A program made the translations under genes and the position numbers. DNA of 57,114 bases, counting the filler, from Basidiobolus ranarum (lineage: Eukaryota), in NCBI GenBank assembly GCA_040143965.1. It is 7 parts of 7 records of this genome, joined end to end, with 100 filler letters (N's around TTAATTAATTAA, not from the genome) between each part and the next. Parts side by side here need not be neighbours in the genome. Positions count along the whole stretch, not along the records: positions 32,762 to 40,820 come from JASJQH010001026.1; positions 40,921 to 48,968 come from JASJQH010001027.1; positions 49,069 to 57,114 come from JASJQH010001028.1; 4 more parts are not named here. One strand, given 5' to 3'. This document shows, piece after piece, positions 37,601 through 51,394 of this stretch. Every line of letters begins with the position of its first letter. Positions within the stretch are counted from its first letter, which is position 1. The notes under the pieces are model-generated. The model saw nothing but the letters and a program-made list of their open reading frames with translations. It searched no databases and had not been told where the DNA came from.

Positions 37601-40030
37601 AAACACTTGAACACTACAGCCAGAATGAGGTGGAAATTCGATTCGGTAGAATGGAATCCTCATCACAGCCTTCTGGAAGATCCTTCCATATCAACGGAAG
37701 TCCTCTACGCGGTCCAGTATGTGTGTGCCGATGTTTGTAATACCAACTTAGATCAGATACTGGCCTGCTCCATTCATGTGCTTCATTGAAATGGATACTT
37801 GGGACCAGTTTCGACAATATACATTGTTACACCGTACATATTAATTTCACTTTAACCTTGGCCTCACCAACTGGCTTCAGCATACAACAGTAACGTATAG
37901 GCGATGGGGCGTAACTATCCAACCTCAACTATGTTGTTGGCTGTAATTGGAGCCAAGTGCATTTCCCCTTAAGTTCCTTAAATAGCATTCAATCAATCTT
38001 TGCGTAACTCCGTAGCCATTTATATGGATTCACCGTGATGTCGATTTCATCTTAATATCGGGTCCTGTTTGGGCGGACAACTTCGTTTGTGCTGCTGGCT
38101 ATCCAGAATTGAGAAACTTCGGTCGCTGATTGGCCCTGAGAACCTCGCCCATTATAGTTAAAATTTAAGTGGAATCGCAATCAACAGTGATTATTACAAT
38201 TACTACGATTACAATGAGCGAAGTTCAGACGCCAAAAATCAATGAATGTAAAATTGGAAGATCACGTGGGTGATAGATTGTTACTATGAACAAACATCGA
38301 TCCCTTCCATAATAGGGGAATTATTGGTGAATCAGCTTAATTTCCACTGCACAGAGCGAGGTGATTGGAGCCTTTTGGCGATAATGATTTCGAGCCAATA
38401 TTGGATAATAATACCCCCACAATAGATTGGTTGTTGGGATATTGGATGATTGGAGATTTTCTCACAATAGAGTACACACAGGGACAAAGATGGTGTAACT
38501 CGTATCATACTTTTATTGCAATGAATATGTCTTACCCACTCTAGTCTACTGACTATTTCTTGTTGCAAGCAGTTATAATTGCTTGCTCTTAGAGTCAAAC
38601 TAGCGAGTGACTTTCCGGTACCCTCATTGATATTTAATTAATATGGTTGAACACCCTTGTTCGCACTTCTGATGCATTTGTCTGCTATTGATACGAAGGT
38701 TTCCTATCTTCTTATCCATATTATCTCTTGTGAACTTGTGTAATGGTACAATTAACCAGATTAAGTATTTCTGGCAACAGTACCCATGTAGGCTGGTAAC
38801 AGCAAGTGAATACAACTTGAGTGTCAAATGCGTCAAAGATGGTGTTGGGGCATTGGTACACATAATGGTAATACTCTACCTCTAATGTTTGTGTGCTCTG
38901 GAGCTACTTAAACGCTTGCCATACAAGCCAGCAATAGAGTTCCTGGGTCTCATACTGGTTGCTCCACAGTAATGTGACAAATGTAGTTCTGCTCAATTTG
39001 TAGGATATTGGTGTTATCATATTTAATATCAAGATTCTATAGTAATGCAGGATTTGGACTAATAATCAGATAATGAGAAAATAATCAGGGTAATTCTTAG
39101 GTGTTGAAACTGATGAAAATATTGAAACTGCTATAAAACTTGCACTATTGGCCACAATACTGTCAAATAAGCCAATATCCTTTACTTGTAACTGCTGAAT
39201 TTAGCTTAGTTCAGACATTTATATATTCATGTATACTTTGGTATTTAGTTTTTCATATTTTGCCAAGATAGCACTTAATATTCAAAATTGTAATTATCTT
39301 AGAAGTTCTCTGATACATAGATTTTTAAGCTTGTTCTAGAGACCCCAAGCTGCGTACACTTGCTCCCAGGACCTTTCATGCTATGCTCTACATATTTGGT
39401 TGTTTCCCATTCAATGGAACTATTATTGCCAACTTTACACCTGGGAAATTAATAGATGAAACCATCAATTCCTCTAGTTCTTCTAATCACTAGACTTGTT
39501 ACATTGTGCCAGTATTTATCATACCTTTGATCATTATATCAGAGTAATTCTGATTGAAGCTGTTAATATCAAAGGGTGCTGGATAGTGCTAAATTATGCC
39601 ACATAAGTTTTAGAATACCTTATCCTATATCATATAAAAAGCACAATCAGGCACTATCACAGGGAGCAAGTCCAATTATATGAACTTGCAGAAAACTTCA
39701 ACATTATTGCACATGTCTTTTTCCATCTAACATAGTAATTGACCATATTCTGAAATGTTTCACTTCATCATGTTAATATTTCATTGTGCTGTAACTTATG
39801 GGATATGCATTCTCAAACATTGACTGTTATGTTTTCAGTCTTTAAATCCAGCCACAAGCAATTTGCATGTTTTAAATATTGCACATTCATTTAATTTTGA
39901 ATTCTTTTAATCATTTCATGGCTAGCTACCACCAACCCTCACCAGCCTAAAAATTATATATTATGCATTCTTTATGTTTGATATTTAATATTTGCTTAAT
40001 AACTTGGTAAGCTTTAATGTTGAGATATTT

Positions 40031-40140
40031 TGGTTGAAGTTATTATCTTTATCATATTTGTTATCTCTATCCTTATACACCCAACTATTTCATATATCAC
40101 ATATAAATTAGTAAGAATTAATCAGTCAAATATCACATAA
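40031..40140 (+). repeat. LTR-like direct repeat, copy 1
   Basis: GTTGAAGTT..TCTTTATCATATTTGTTATCTCTAT..AGTCAAATATCAC recurs at 40711-40820. Confidence 0.85.
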
Positions 40141-40269
40141 CTGAAAATCAGAACATATATTATATATATATGTGAATGATGTGAGAATCAGCAATTCCAT
40201 ATTGGAAACTTCAAGCTCATCCAAATTGCCTATATATAGCTCATTTTACTCCCACAGATGTACCAAACA

Positions 40270-40666
40270 CAACCCCAGTTTTAGTTTTCTGCCACTAGAA
40301 GCTCTGGGAGTGGGAGAAATTGAAGTGAATCTTGGGGGCATCTCTGGGGACATGTATTTGACATAAAAAAATGTGCTATATGTGCCTGGGACAGCAAAGT
40401 ATTTGTTATCAGTGAGTAAAGCTACATCTGAGGGATATAGCTTTAATTTTCATCAAAAGGGCTGTACAATCAGGGATCAAAAAGAGAATTATGTAGCTTC
40501 TGGAGCTAAGCAAAATAACTTGTATACTCTTCATTATATCAGGCCAATATATAAACAAGTTCATACTGCCACAGCTGAAGAGATAGGGTGGAAAATCTGG
40601 CATAGGAGATTGGGTCATCTAGGAGCTGAAAATATGAGAAATATAATCAAAATAAGATGGTTTTAG
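40270..40666 (+). mobile_element. Ty1/copia polyprotein fragment (post-protease beta-barrel and GAG-pre-integrase region)
   Basis: LEALGVGEIEV..*KNVLYVPG..LLSVSK..GCTI..NNLYTL..WHRRLGHLG. Confidence 0.9.
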
Positions 40667-40710
40667 GACTAAATTTTGTAATTTAAACGGATCTGGAGCT
40701 ATGTTAAGGT

Positions 40711-40820
40711 TGTTGAAGTTTATTGTCTTTATCATATTTGTTATCTCTATCTTTATACACCTAACTATTTCATATATCACATATAAGTTAGTTAACATTA
40801 CTTAGTCAAATATCACTTAG
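40711..40820 (+). repeat. LTR-like direct repeat, copy 2, truncated by contig end
   Basis: Starts TGTTGA, a typical copia LTR start; similar to 40031-40140. Confidence 0.85.
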
Positions 40821-40920
40821 NNNNNNNNNNNNNNNNNNNNNNNNNNNNNNNNNNNNNNNNNNNNTTAATTAATTAANNNNNNNNNNNNNNNNNNNNNNNN
40901 NNNNNNNNNNNNNNNNNNNN
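40821..40920. other. Artificial contig spacer
   Basis: N44-TTAATTAATTAA-N44. Confidence 0.99.
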
Positions 40921-42565
40921 CTAATCCTCCTTTCTCGGGTGATTTCATGATCGCTTGGATGGTTTTTAATAGACGAGGGTCGGATGGCGCAATAAAGAAA
41001 ACCAGCGGCATGACAAGAATGGACGAATCCAAGGTGTTGGGCGATTCGTATGATTGGGAGAAATGCTGAAGTTCAGAATTCCAGCCTTTCTCCATGATTT
41101 CAGTATATATATTGTCTCTTATCTCAAGCCACTTCATCTTGTCTCTGCACGGGAAGTTACTTCTCTTTTCCGTAAATCGGATGGCACGATCTAATGCCAC
41201 CCAGCACATAACTTTGGAATAGATGAAGTTTTGCTTTGCACTACGCACTTCCCAGATGCCCATGTCTGGCTGATCCCAGGCAGTACATACGTAATTTACC
41301 AAGCGAGTGACATATTGCCACATGTCATAGGAGATAGGTTTTCCATTTTTGTTGTATAAATAAATTGCATCTAAAAGTTCTCCGTAGATATCAAGCTGTA
41401 AATGATCAGCTGCACCATTACCAATCCGAACCGGCCTTGACTCGCGGTAGCCTTCCAGGTGGTGTAACTCTATCTCTTCCAACTCTTTGCAACCGTGTAT
41501 AGTATACATGATTTGTAGAGAACCATCAGGGTTCATGTTAGAGAGAATACGCTCTAAATATCCCATATATGCATCTGCCTCCTCGCTGAAGCCTAAACGA
41601 AGTAATGCATAGATCGTGAATGCTGAATCTCGAATCCAGGTGTATCGATAATCCCAGTTTCTAGTACCTCCGAAGTGCTCAGGTAAACTAAAGGTGGGGG
41701 CAGCAACAATAGCCCCTGTAGGAGCAAACACCATTAGTTTGAGGGCCAATGCACTTCTCAAGACCGTTTCACGCCATCTACCGTTGTAATTTGAGTGGCC
41801 AATCCAGTTTCTCCAATAACTTAATGTACCATTGAAAAGCTTGGACAAAAGGAAATTGGAAAGTGGAGGATCCAATGAAGCTTTTTGGGGAACTTCTCGA
41901 AAGATGAAGACGATAGATTGTCCTTCGGATAAGGTTATTTTGGTGGTAACACCTGGGCCCAACAAGCCCTCTCTTTCCTCAACATCGAACTTCCAATATG
42001 GACATTCATTCTCACCACAGTCGTAAGTAAATCGCAGATCCATGGTCAAGTCTTGTGATTCAAACTCTACTCTCCAGGGACCCACATGGTCTTCACTACT
42101 TGAATTATCGATGGTATGGACTGTAGTAGTGTGTTTGTTTTGTGCATAATTAAAAGCTGGAAAGCACTCTACATCTATCTCAATGGTACCTCTAATTGCC
42201 TCGACCTTACGGACCATCCAGGGCAACAGCTCGTAAGGGTGACCAGGTATCTCCTCTGGATGGTTCATGAAGTCAGTGATTTGGGATACACCATGGTCAC
42301 TGAGAAATTTGGTGGCAAGAATGTTGGAATTCGGTAGATATTGCTGTTTGATAGAAGTATAGTGCTGAGGAGTGATCGAAAAATGGCCTCCCTTGTTTTT
42401 ATCCAGGATTCGAGCAAATACGGAAGGACTATCAAAATAAGGGTAGCAGTAGTAGTCTATTGCCCCGTCTGTCGAAGACAATGCGACTGTGCGCATGTTG
42501 CCAATCAGTCCATAACTTTCGATTGGCAAGTACCCTGTTTCACTACGATCTTTGTACGCAAACAT
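40921..42565 (-). CDS. Glycoside hydrolase family 15 (trehalase/glucoamylase-like), 3'-truncated by contig end
   Basis: PIESYGLIGNMRTVAL, GAIVAAPTFSLPE..GGTRNWDYRYTWIRD, PVRIGNGAADHLQLDIYGE, PDMGIWEVR..YSKVMCWVALDR; probable ATG at 42565; no intron in the visible part. Confidence 0.95.
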
Positions 42566-45500
42566 CTTCGGGAGTATGGGGGAAGGCAAGTAAAGCAAAT
42601 GATTTGAGTTTCCACTGCAAGAGGCTTCGCTTTTATATTGGTGGGCTTGTTACGTAGACCAGAACCTATTGGAGATCTGTAACTCTGGATGATCTGTAGC
42701 AAACAAGTCTGTTGGGCAGAGTTAGTGTTGACTCAAATATTAATCGAAGTTGAGGATTCAACCTATGAGGGAATAATCTGAAATATCGATATCGTGACGT
42801 AACGGCCCGATTTGCTTCGATATCACGCTAAGTAAGACCTCAAGGTGGCCTTAACAGCAACCAAACGCCAATTGCTGCCAGAGGAATTGAAACTCTATTG
42901 GTAACTGGAGAAGGCATTACGACTCGATAGGTTGAGATCACGAGAGAATGGATTAGCTTTACTGGACTGCTGATCCAGCTTTAAGTGGTTGTAAACCAAG
43001 ATTGGTCAGCTCATTTAGTGTGATGCAATCGCTTTTTGAATTACCCAAGAAGTATTAGCATAAGGTTTGTCATATAGTGTGCATAAGCGAAGGATGTTTA
43101 TACGAATTCTAGCTTTCAGAGAATGGGGTGGCAATTACTAAAGATCATGTACAAAAAGCATTAGCAAGATTAGAACCCATCTTACAATCCTACCTGATTG
43201 CTAAGCATGGAGATCAATTGACCATGAGCGGAATCCAGAATTATGAGCTTGTCTTCAGGTTTTAATTGCCATTGTAGGATTGACTCAACAATGCAGCCAC
43301 AGCCTCTGATAAATTTATTGTGGGTGATCAGATCTGAAATACAGCGACCTGATGCAAAGGATTCATATATTGAAATTACTCTCACCTGCTAACTTCATAC
43401 GTTTCTGATGACGTGACTTTCATCTTCTAGTTCTTAATGCTTCCACTTGTTGAGTTTTGCATAGGTAATTGCTTGAATTGCTGATTGAATGTAGCCACCT
43501 CGCAATGTGTTGCTTGTAATGTCTATTAGAGTAGCAACTGAGTGATGGCTAAAAACCCTAAAAATGGAGATAGGCTTGGGAGAAAAAGTAAAATAGACTA
43601 AAGAGAGGTATTCTTGAAGTCCTTAGGAGTATAGGAATAGGTTGAAACTGACTTATGACCTCTTTTCCAGTAGAACTTTTATTCTAACCCAGGACTGTAG
43701 TCAGATAGTCGATGCCAAATTATCTAATGTCATCAACTCCGACTACAACAATACACTCTATACTTAATCAAGATATATACTGTTATTTACGATACGATGT
43801 TTGAAAGGATCATCATTGCCGCATAATAAGGGTTGTTAATAATTTACAGCACCTCAAGCTATATTAAGAAGCTTTACACAATACTTAGAACTCAGCAAAT
43901 TAACACTGTGGCCGTACTTTAAGACCACCTTGTGATGTATTTATATATATTATATCTTCTATTGACTTGGATAACTATATTGGTGCGCACTTTGTACATA
44001 CTTCCAGTAAGCGTAGCATGTATAACTGGATTTTTACTTGGAGTAGATGAAGGCAATCCAAGTACATTTGTTTCGTTCATAACCTCTGACTGACGAATTA
44101 GAGTCGAATCACTCTATCATAATGGTTACTAACTCTTTACGCTTTTACTGTACAGCACATATACATCACTCAGTTTACAACTTCGCAATATTCTCTCTAT
44201 CTATCTCTGCACCATGACATTCTGGCAATCATCCAATTGAGTACCCTTAGAAATCTTTGGTGCCATTATCTATAACATCTGAATTACAATATATCAATTA
44301 TTCATTTCTTAAGGAGTGCTCAACTATTGATTTGCCTTTCCTGAACCTTGTAAGACTGATGTGGCCAGTAACACACTGCCAATATATATTCTGCTGATTG
44401 TAGCACTCCTTCAATTTTTTAAACAAAATAGTGTAAGATTCAACCACTGTAAGTTAGTCATGATAGATAAAGGTGTCCAACATAGAACGTTGTATGCTCT
44501 CAGTAGCTTAGTGATATAAGATTCTCATTAACTCTATACTATCTTGTCTACTCAACTAACAACCTCACTAACTCTATGATTATCCCTTGATTTCCCGTAT
44601 TCTACTCAGAGACTATATAAAGGCGCATTCTACGAAATGACTATTTCTAAAAGATTTGGGCAACCTTAGTCACCAACATTACATTCTCTACATGATGAAG
44701 AAGAGAGCATGGAAGATTCAACTGTAACAGGTACGACACAAGAATGTCACCAGAAATGACTAGATGCATGGAGGAATGGTCTAAAACCTATCACCTTTGA
44801 GTTTTTGTACATAAATATGCTTTAATTTCTTGATGTGTAACTTGATACTACATACCATAATGGCACATATTTGATCTAGTGTGTGAGGTTGGAAATTGTG
44901 TGACCGTATGGTGCGAATCCAGATGTTCACAAGGATACGGTTGGAAATGTATCCACCGAATCAGGGTCTTTCACTCGTGCTCTGTCCTAGCATCCTCGCT
45001 TCGTATCCGGAGAACTTCGCTCAAATCAACAGAAACCCAACCTCTTCCCCAACAACGAGGAAAGTGACGGGAACACCTGGAGTCTGATTTCCCAACCGTA
45101 CACGAATGATCATATTGAAATTCTGATTGATATAGACGTCACCGTCGATTTTCCTGTGTCACTCCCGCAGCTTGAGCGATTTTTTTCACAAACGTAGCCC
45201 CTTGAGAGCACTGCTTACAAATTCCTCAATGTCTAGCACTCCTCCACTCAATGACTTCGGCTTCCTCTTGATCCAATAAGAAATCAATGTGATGTGTGTT
45301 CGCTGAATCGTGTGAGGAGGGGTGCAAGATCGGGGTAGTGATCAATAAGGATTCATATTACCGCAAGTACCTTTCCTAGATCCAGTTTATTAGTGTTGAC
45401 TTCAGAAATCTCGATGCATCGTGCTCGCTACCAACTGGCGGTCGAGCGGAACAGGGATCACAGGCTTATAGTATGGATTTAGCTCGCTAGCAATATTACT

Positions 45501-46372
45501 CGCCATGAGCTGTCCAGTCCTGGTGAGATCATAGCAGCTGATTGGCTCTTGTATAGAGGCTGAATTTCTCAATCCAACCACCTGGTTATATCGCCACGGT
45601 AACTAGGGAGTACCATTTGTCGTAGACTCCCTGAGATCAATAAGTTTATGCTCAATTAAGTAGCGCATATCATAGGGAAATAGCAAGGCCAATAGTTTAG
45701 ATCCAATCACGGCCCATGCCTATCATCTTGTTTTAGCGTTGTCGAATCCTCGTTATTACCATATATACATGCACATTCAGATATTAAGGGTTAGATAAAG
45801 TTGTAATATAATTGCTACTAAACGGAATAAGAAACACCGGGTATATTCAGATGTTACCAAAGCTCCATTGTCGACCAAGTAGCCTGAGATAGGAAATATG
45901 GATTAGCATATTGCAATAATTTTTATTTTATTTTAGCCAGAGTCGAGTTCTTTCGACAAATTATTGGTATCCAACATCATTCCACTTATTATCCCAAAAA
46001 ACGTAGGCAAGCATTTTCCTACAGAATCATTGCCCTTCCTTACCTGGCAGGCTTCTTTGTTATTCTTTTGTCACTTCTTCCTCATACCCTTATATCTATT
46101 TGACTTTCCTATAGTACAAAAACTCTCTTCTCCCTCTTCAGCCAACCAATTAGCCTTACTCCTTCGGTTGTAGTGATTCTCACTCTAGTCAATCTCACCG
46201 GCTAAACATTCTACACTGAGTCTTTGTTGGTACTCTACTTTCAACCTGGTCAAAGAGGAACTTTGACACAATTTTTGTTTTCATTTCTGAATATTGCGAT
46301 ATATTTGCGCAGCAATATTCGCTGAACTTTTAATAGAAGACTACGACCACACCTACACATTACATATAGATT

Positions 46373-48968
46373 ATGTCAGCGCCACCTCAACCGCGGCCTA
46401 CGCCAAAACGCGAGTCAGATGTGATGTTTGTATATTTCGAACTTAATATCCACTCTGTCTTGAAACAGAACGACGCTAAATTTTCACTGAACACTAACCC
46501 ATACTTTTAACCTCTTCCGGTTCATTTTATTGGTTTATAGGCTTAATAAATATATCTATGACTACATGGTCAAAAAGAAGTTTAAAGGGGCAGCCCTTGC
46601 CTTTTTATCGGAGGCTCACTTACAAACAGACTCACAAACTCATAGCCATCACCGTCAACCAACTGCTTCTCCAAAGCTTACTGAACCGGGCTCTAGTCCA
46701 GTCATAAAAAAGGAACAACCCAATTCAAATGCCATCAATTTCAACAACAACCCTTCACGAAATATCAAATCGGCCACCCCAGTAAACGGAATACCTCATA
46801 ATCGACGGACAACTCCTGGTTTAGGACCAGAGTGTGATTCCTCGCAAGATACGTCCTCATTACCGCATATACAAGTACCCATCGATGCACCTGATGGATT
46901 TTTGTTCGAATGGTGGTCGGTATTTTGGGATATTTTCAGTGCTCGCTCTAACCAACCAGGCTCTAGTCGAGAAGCTCTAGCATATATTGATATAGCTAAT
47001 CAAGTAGGTTAAATCAGTACCAAGAATTTTTATCACAATGAACACTCATCAATTATTCATGGGATAAACTCACTCCTATTAGATGAAGCAAACTTCTCAA
47101 ATGGCTAATCGAAGTAACAATGATATTCAACCAAGTTCTAATCCAAACCCATCAGCTGGTAAATATGTGCTTCAATACGGGTGTCTTCATTTTCCTTTAT
47201 TGCTCCATCTAACTTGGATCGTTGCATTATTTGAAAACTTCATTATAGCTTCAATAATGCATGGAGATGTCCCTATAATGAAAATTCAAAATCCCTCGCC
47301 TTCTATTAGCGGTAATACGGGTAACAGTCAAGAGGATGCGAATGTTAGCCCTAATGAGAAAGTAAGTATTGTCAGTAAATGTTAAAAGTAGAGGCAGCAA
47401 TTGATTTTATCGTGATCTATAGCAACGGCAGATGCTTGCCAAACAGGCTATGATAAATAATCAACAGCAGCGAACTGTTGGAAAAGGGTAAGCCAGACAG
47501 TCTCATATAATGTAACTTAATCACCTTGATTGACCTTTTTCTGCATCAACAGTCCCACAAACCAGATGTCGCCGCAGCCAGGATTTAGAGAGGGCTCACA
47601 TAACCAGGGGATGCATCAAGGTCAGCACCAACAGGGGGTAAGTTTACACTCATTCATAACTATCTTGAGCTATATACGCTTGTATTGATCAAAATATTTC
47701 AGGCGAAACGCCCTTCTGTAGAGCCTCAAAATGGTCCCAGTGAATCACCTGCCATGGGTCCTCCTAACTCGTCGCCCAAGAAAAGACTCAAGACTTCACC
47801 GGAAGTTGGTAACAATGGTATGTTGAACGTTGAAATACCACAATCAATCACAAGTTTAATAAGCTATTTGTAAGTAGGAATTGAGATACAGTCACCGAAG
47901 AATCATCCTCAACCTCAATCTTCACCTTTATCTGGAATGCAACAGTTAAATGGAATGACTCCCCAGGTACGAACTATCCCTTCAATCTAAGTATTTGAAT
48001 AATCTTTCTGACCAACGTTTCGTTTAAATAGCAACTTGCTGCTCTCCAGAATGCCCCTCCAAATAGTCAGGCGCGTTTTGCCTTAGCTCAGTACCAGCAA
48101 AAGCTGGCCTCACAACAAGCCGCCATGGCTGCTGCACATCTGAATACTAATAATCCCACCAGCCCTAACAATATGATGAATCGACCTGGTCCACCTATAG
48201 CCACTGGAGCAATGTCACATATGTCACCCAATCAAGTCAATGCCTCTTTACCATCAAGTAGTGGAAATCCCAATATGATGGTCTCTTCTCCAATGAATGG
48301 AATGGTCAATCCTGGGACAGGAGTTGGAAACGAATACCAATACCAACAATATATTCTTGAAAGTCAAAAGCAATTTGCTATGCTCCAGCAGCAACAGCGA
48401 AACGCTCAACAACAATTACTAATGCAGCAAAAGCAATTACAACAACCTGGTGGAAATAACAATTTACTGAATCAACAACGAGCCGCCGCCGCTAATCTTC
48501 AACGTCAACAGATTCTCCAAAACCAGGCACGTGGTATGGGCCCCTATCAATGTGGCATGAATCCTAACGGTCAAATCGCTGGGGTTATGCATAAACTCTC
48601 TCCTCAGTCTGGAAATTCCAATCTGCCAAATATGGACGACCCTAATGGCCCTCGGTCTGGTCCTGGAGGAATACCTGCTCAAATGGCTAATGGTATGATC
48701 TCTGGCTCTAGCCCCATGAATGCTGCACGCCCAATGATGGCTGGACGAAACATTGAAAATGGCGGAATGATGGGTATGAATATGAATCCTAATGCGATGT
48801 CTCCCAATGCTGCTTTACTCTACCAACAAAATCTTATGAGAATGAAAAATGCCCAGGTACTTTTACCCTCTAGCTATCAAGATATGAGCCAACTTTCATT
48901 TTTATTTACGCTTTTATAGATGCAACAGCAACAGCAACAGTTACAACAACAACAGCAGCACCAACAAC
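46373..48968 (+). CDS. LisH/LUFS-domain transcriptional regulator (Flo8/Som1/Mfg1/Adn2-like), multi-exon, 3'-truncated
   Basis: Exon 1 46373-46425 splices to 46541 giving [59 protein letters not shown]-rich tail; several short GT-AG introns; contig breaks in a CAA/CAG poly-Q tract. Confidence 0.9.
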
Positions 48969-49068
48969 NNNNNNNNNNNNNNNNNNNNNNNNNNNNNNNN
49001 NNNNNNNNNNNNTTAATTAATTAANNNNNNNNNNNNNNNNNNNNNNNNNNNNNNNNNNNNNNNNNNNN
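48969..49068. other. Artificial contig spacer
   Basis: N44-TTAATTAATTAA-N44. Confidence 0.99.
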
Positions 49069-49803
49069 TTGTCTTGAATCCATAAGACTACCTGCAGTAC
49101 CGAATTCCTCATTATCTCTCTCTGCAGTTCCGACATTCCATTGGGATTTTTTCGGAAGTTCAGTCATTAGTTAAGAAGGAAACCTTAAGGAGATTGTTTT
49201 AGTTTTCAGGATGGCAATTCGAATCTCAAATATTTATACCAATACTATACAATTTGTGGCCAACTTCTTTCATGATTTAACTTTCTCACAGTTCTTAATT
49301 TACTTCTAAAACCTTACAACTTTACTATAACATTTGAGCTCCACTTGATTCTAAAACCTGCGTACAAGCTTTATATATTTGAATAGAAATTAGAATCGAA
49401 CCCAACGTTTCAGATAAGCACCTCACGGAAGCCGAATTCTACTGTAAACGGGATTTTGAGTGAAGTAATTTGGAATGTGATCAAGCCAGAGAACCTGTTA
49501 ATTTGATATACAAATTCCCACTCATAGCCGATTCAATGGATTTGTTCAATTTAGTCATAAATTCATGGAGAACCGCATGATAACTAAATAATTTAGAATG
49601 TTGATGTAACAAAAGTATGTAACTTAAAGCAGTAATTTAGTTAACTATAATATTTTAAATGATTTGTTGATCTTATTCTTTAATCATGAGTGTTGTTTCA
49701 ATATGGATTCAATGTTATTTACCGTTGGAAATCAAAAGATGGGAGGAATATAAACAGAATTGTTAAAAATACCGGATACTATTTAAAATTACTCGGATAG
49801 ACA

Positions 49804-51394
49804 TTAATGTCCTTTGGCAATGTCATCCACACTTCTTCCCTTGGTTTCAGGAACGAAGAAGTAGTCAAATATCAAAAATACAAAGTTAAGAACCACGAAA
49901 ATGATGAACACCTTCGAACCCATAGAGTTGATCAGAGTAGGGAAGATGAATCCAACAATGAAATTACAGATCCAGTTCACTGTGGTAGCTGATGAGATAA
50001 CAACTCCTGCTGCCCAAGTAGGAACCATTTCTGGGGTAATCATGAATGGAACACACCCCAGGCCAATGTTGAAAGAAGCTGCAAAGCAGACTACTGACAG
50101 AACCTTCAGTGCATTGACGTGGGTGGTGTCTCCCACAACAAGCAACAATGCAAACAAACCCATACCAGCCGAACTGGTCATCAACAAGGGTCTTCTTCCG
50201 AAGCGATCCACAATGAAAGAAACAATACAATTGATCACAAAGTTGAGTGCTGAGATGCCAACTGTGATTCCAGATGCTGCTGAGGCTCCAGTGGCTTCAG
50301 TAAGAATAGTGGTGGAGTAGAAACTGACGGCATTGATACCAGAGAACTGTTGGGATGCATGAATTGTCATACCAATGAATAGCATCTTGCGCACAAACTT
50401 GTCAGCCATCACATCTTTGATTCTCTGGAGTACACTGGCTTCTTGATGTCCAGCTGACATATCATGTTCATGATTAGCTCCTTGCACACCAGCACACATT
50501 TCATTGAACTCATTCTCGATATACGCTCCAGCACGTAACTTCTGAAGAGTGCTTTTACCTTCATCAAGTCTATTCTGAGAGATCAGATATCTGGGAGTCT
50601 CGGGACAGAATGCCAACAGGAACATCTGAAGAATGGCTGGCACAGCAGTCAAAGCAAAGATGATTCTCCAGGTTGGTACTGTTGACATTCCTAATCCAAG
50701 AGCCTGTGAGATAAGGATACCTAATGCCAAAAAGATCTGAAGTAGAGCTCCCATGGCTCCGCGATATCTTGTGGTGGAGACTTCAGCGATGTACATTGGA
50801 ACAATGGCCGATCCCGCTCCACTTCCAACTCCCACAAAGAATCGCCCGATGATAAACATAGGAACGTTGACTGCAGCAGCCAACAAAACTGCGCCAATGA
50901 TGAAGTTGAGGTTGTTCCAGAAGAGAACCTTCTTTCTTCCTACTCGATCCGCACATGGACCAGCGAAGAACCCTCCAACCAAACCTCCGATGGCGAAAAC
51001 TGCTACTGCAAAACCCCTATATTGTAAGAGTAATTAATGAACAGTTTAAAGAAAAATATGAGCGTTTCTTTTCTCAGCATGGAATTGTAAGAGAATATTC
51101 GAAATCCAAAGTGAAATGTACATACCACATCCAGTTACCCATAGGAAGACAGTTTGGAAAAGCCCCGCCGCCACTTGGATCATTGCACTCGCGAATAATC
51201 TTTTCAGGATTGTTGGGGGCACCAGTATTATACCCCATGTTGAAAGAAGCCAAGGCAGCAGTCATCGATGACAGAAAGATGTACCATGTAAAACCCTGCT
51301 GTCTCGAATCCGTAAGACCCCCAGTTTCGAAGCCTTTGGTATCTTCTACTTCGGTGCCAGAGACCCATTGTGATTTTTTGGTAGTGTCGCTCAT
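49804..51394 (-). CDS. MFS sugar porter (GLUT-like), 493 aa; join(51126..51394,49804..51016)
   Basis: GYNTG, DRVGRK, YIAEVS..RG, PETPRYL, QQFSGINA, DRFGRR, PETKG; one GT-AG intron. Confidence 0.95.

Noticed and set aside
35500-37800. Short ORFs upstream of the APSES gene, including 36388-36756
   Set aside because: No recognisable motif and a non-ATG start; may be decayed coding sequence but cannot be supported
43022-43200. F-box-like start MQSLFELP..
   Set aside because: Immediate frameshift and stop; too short to call
32814-48968. Proximity of two morphogenesis regulators (StuA/Efg1-like and Flo8-like) as a cluster
   Set aside because: They lie on different contigs that are adjacent only through length sorting
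8096-49068. Regularly spaced TTAATTAATTAA palindromes, and ORFs ending in XXX-LIN
   Set aside because: Artificial contig-joining spacers; ORFs crossing them are artefacts
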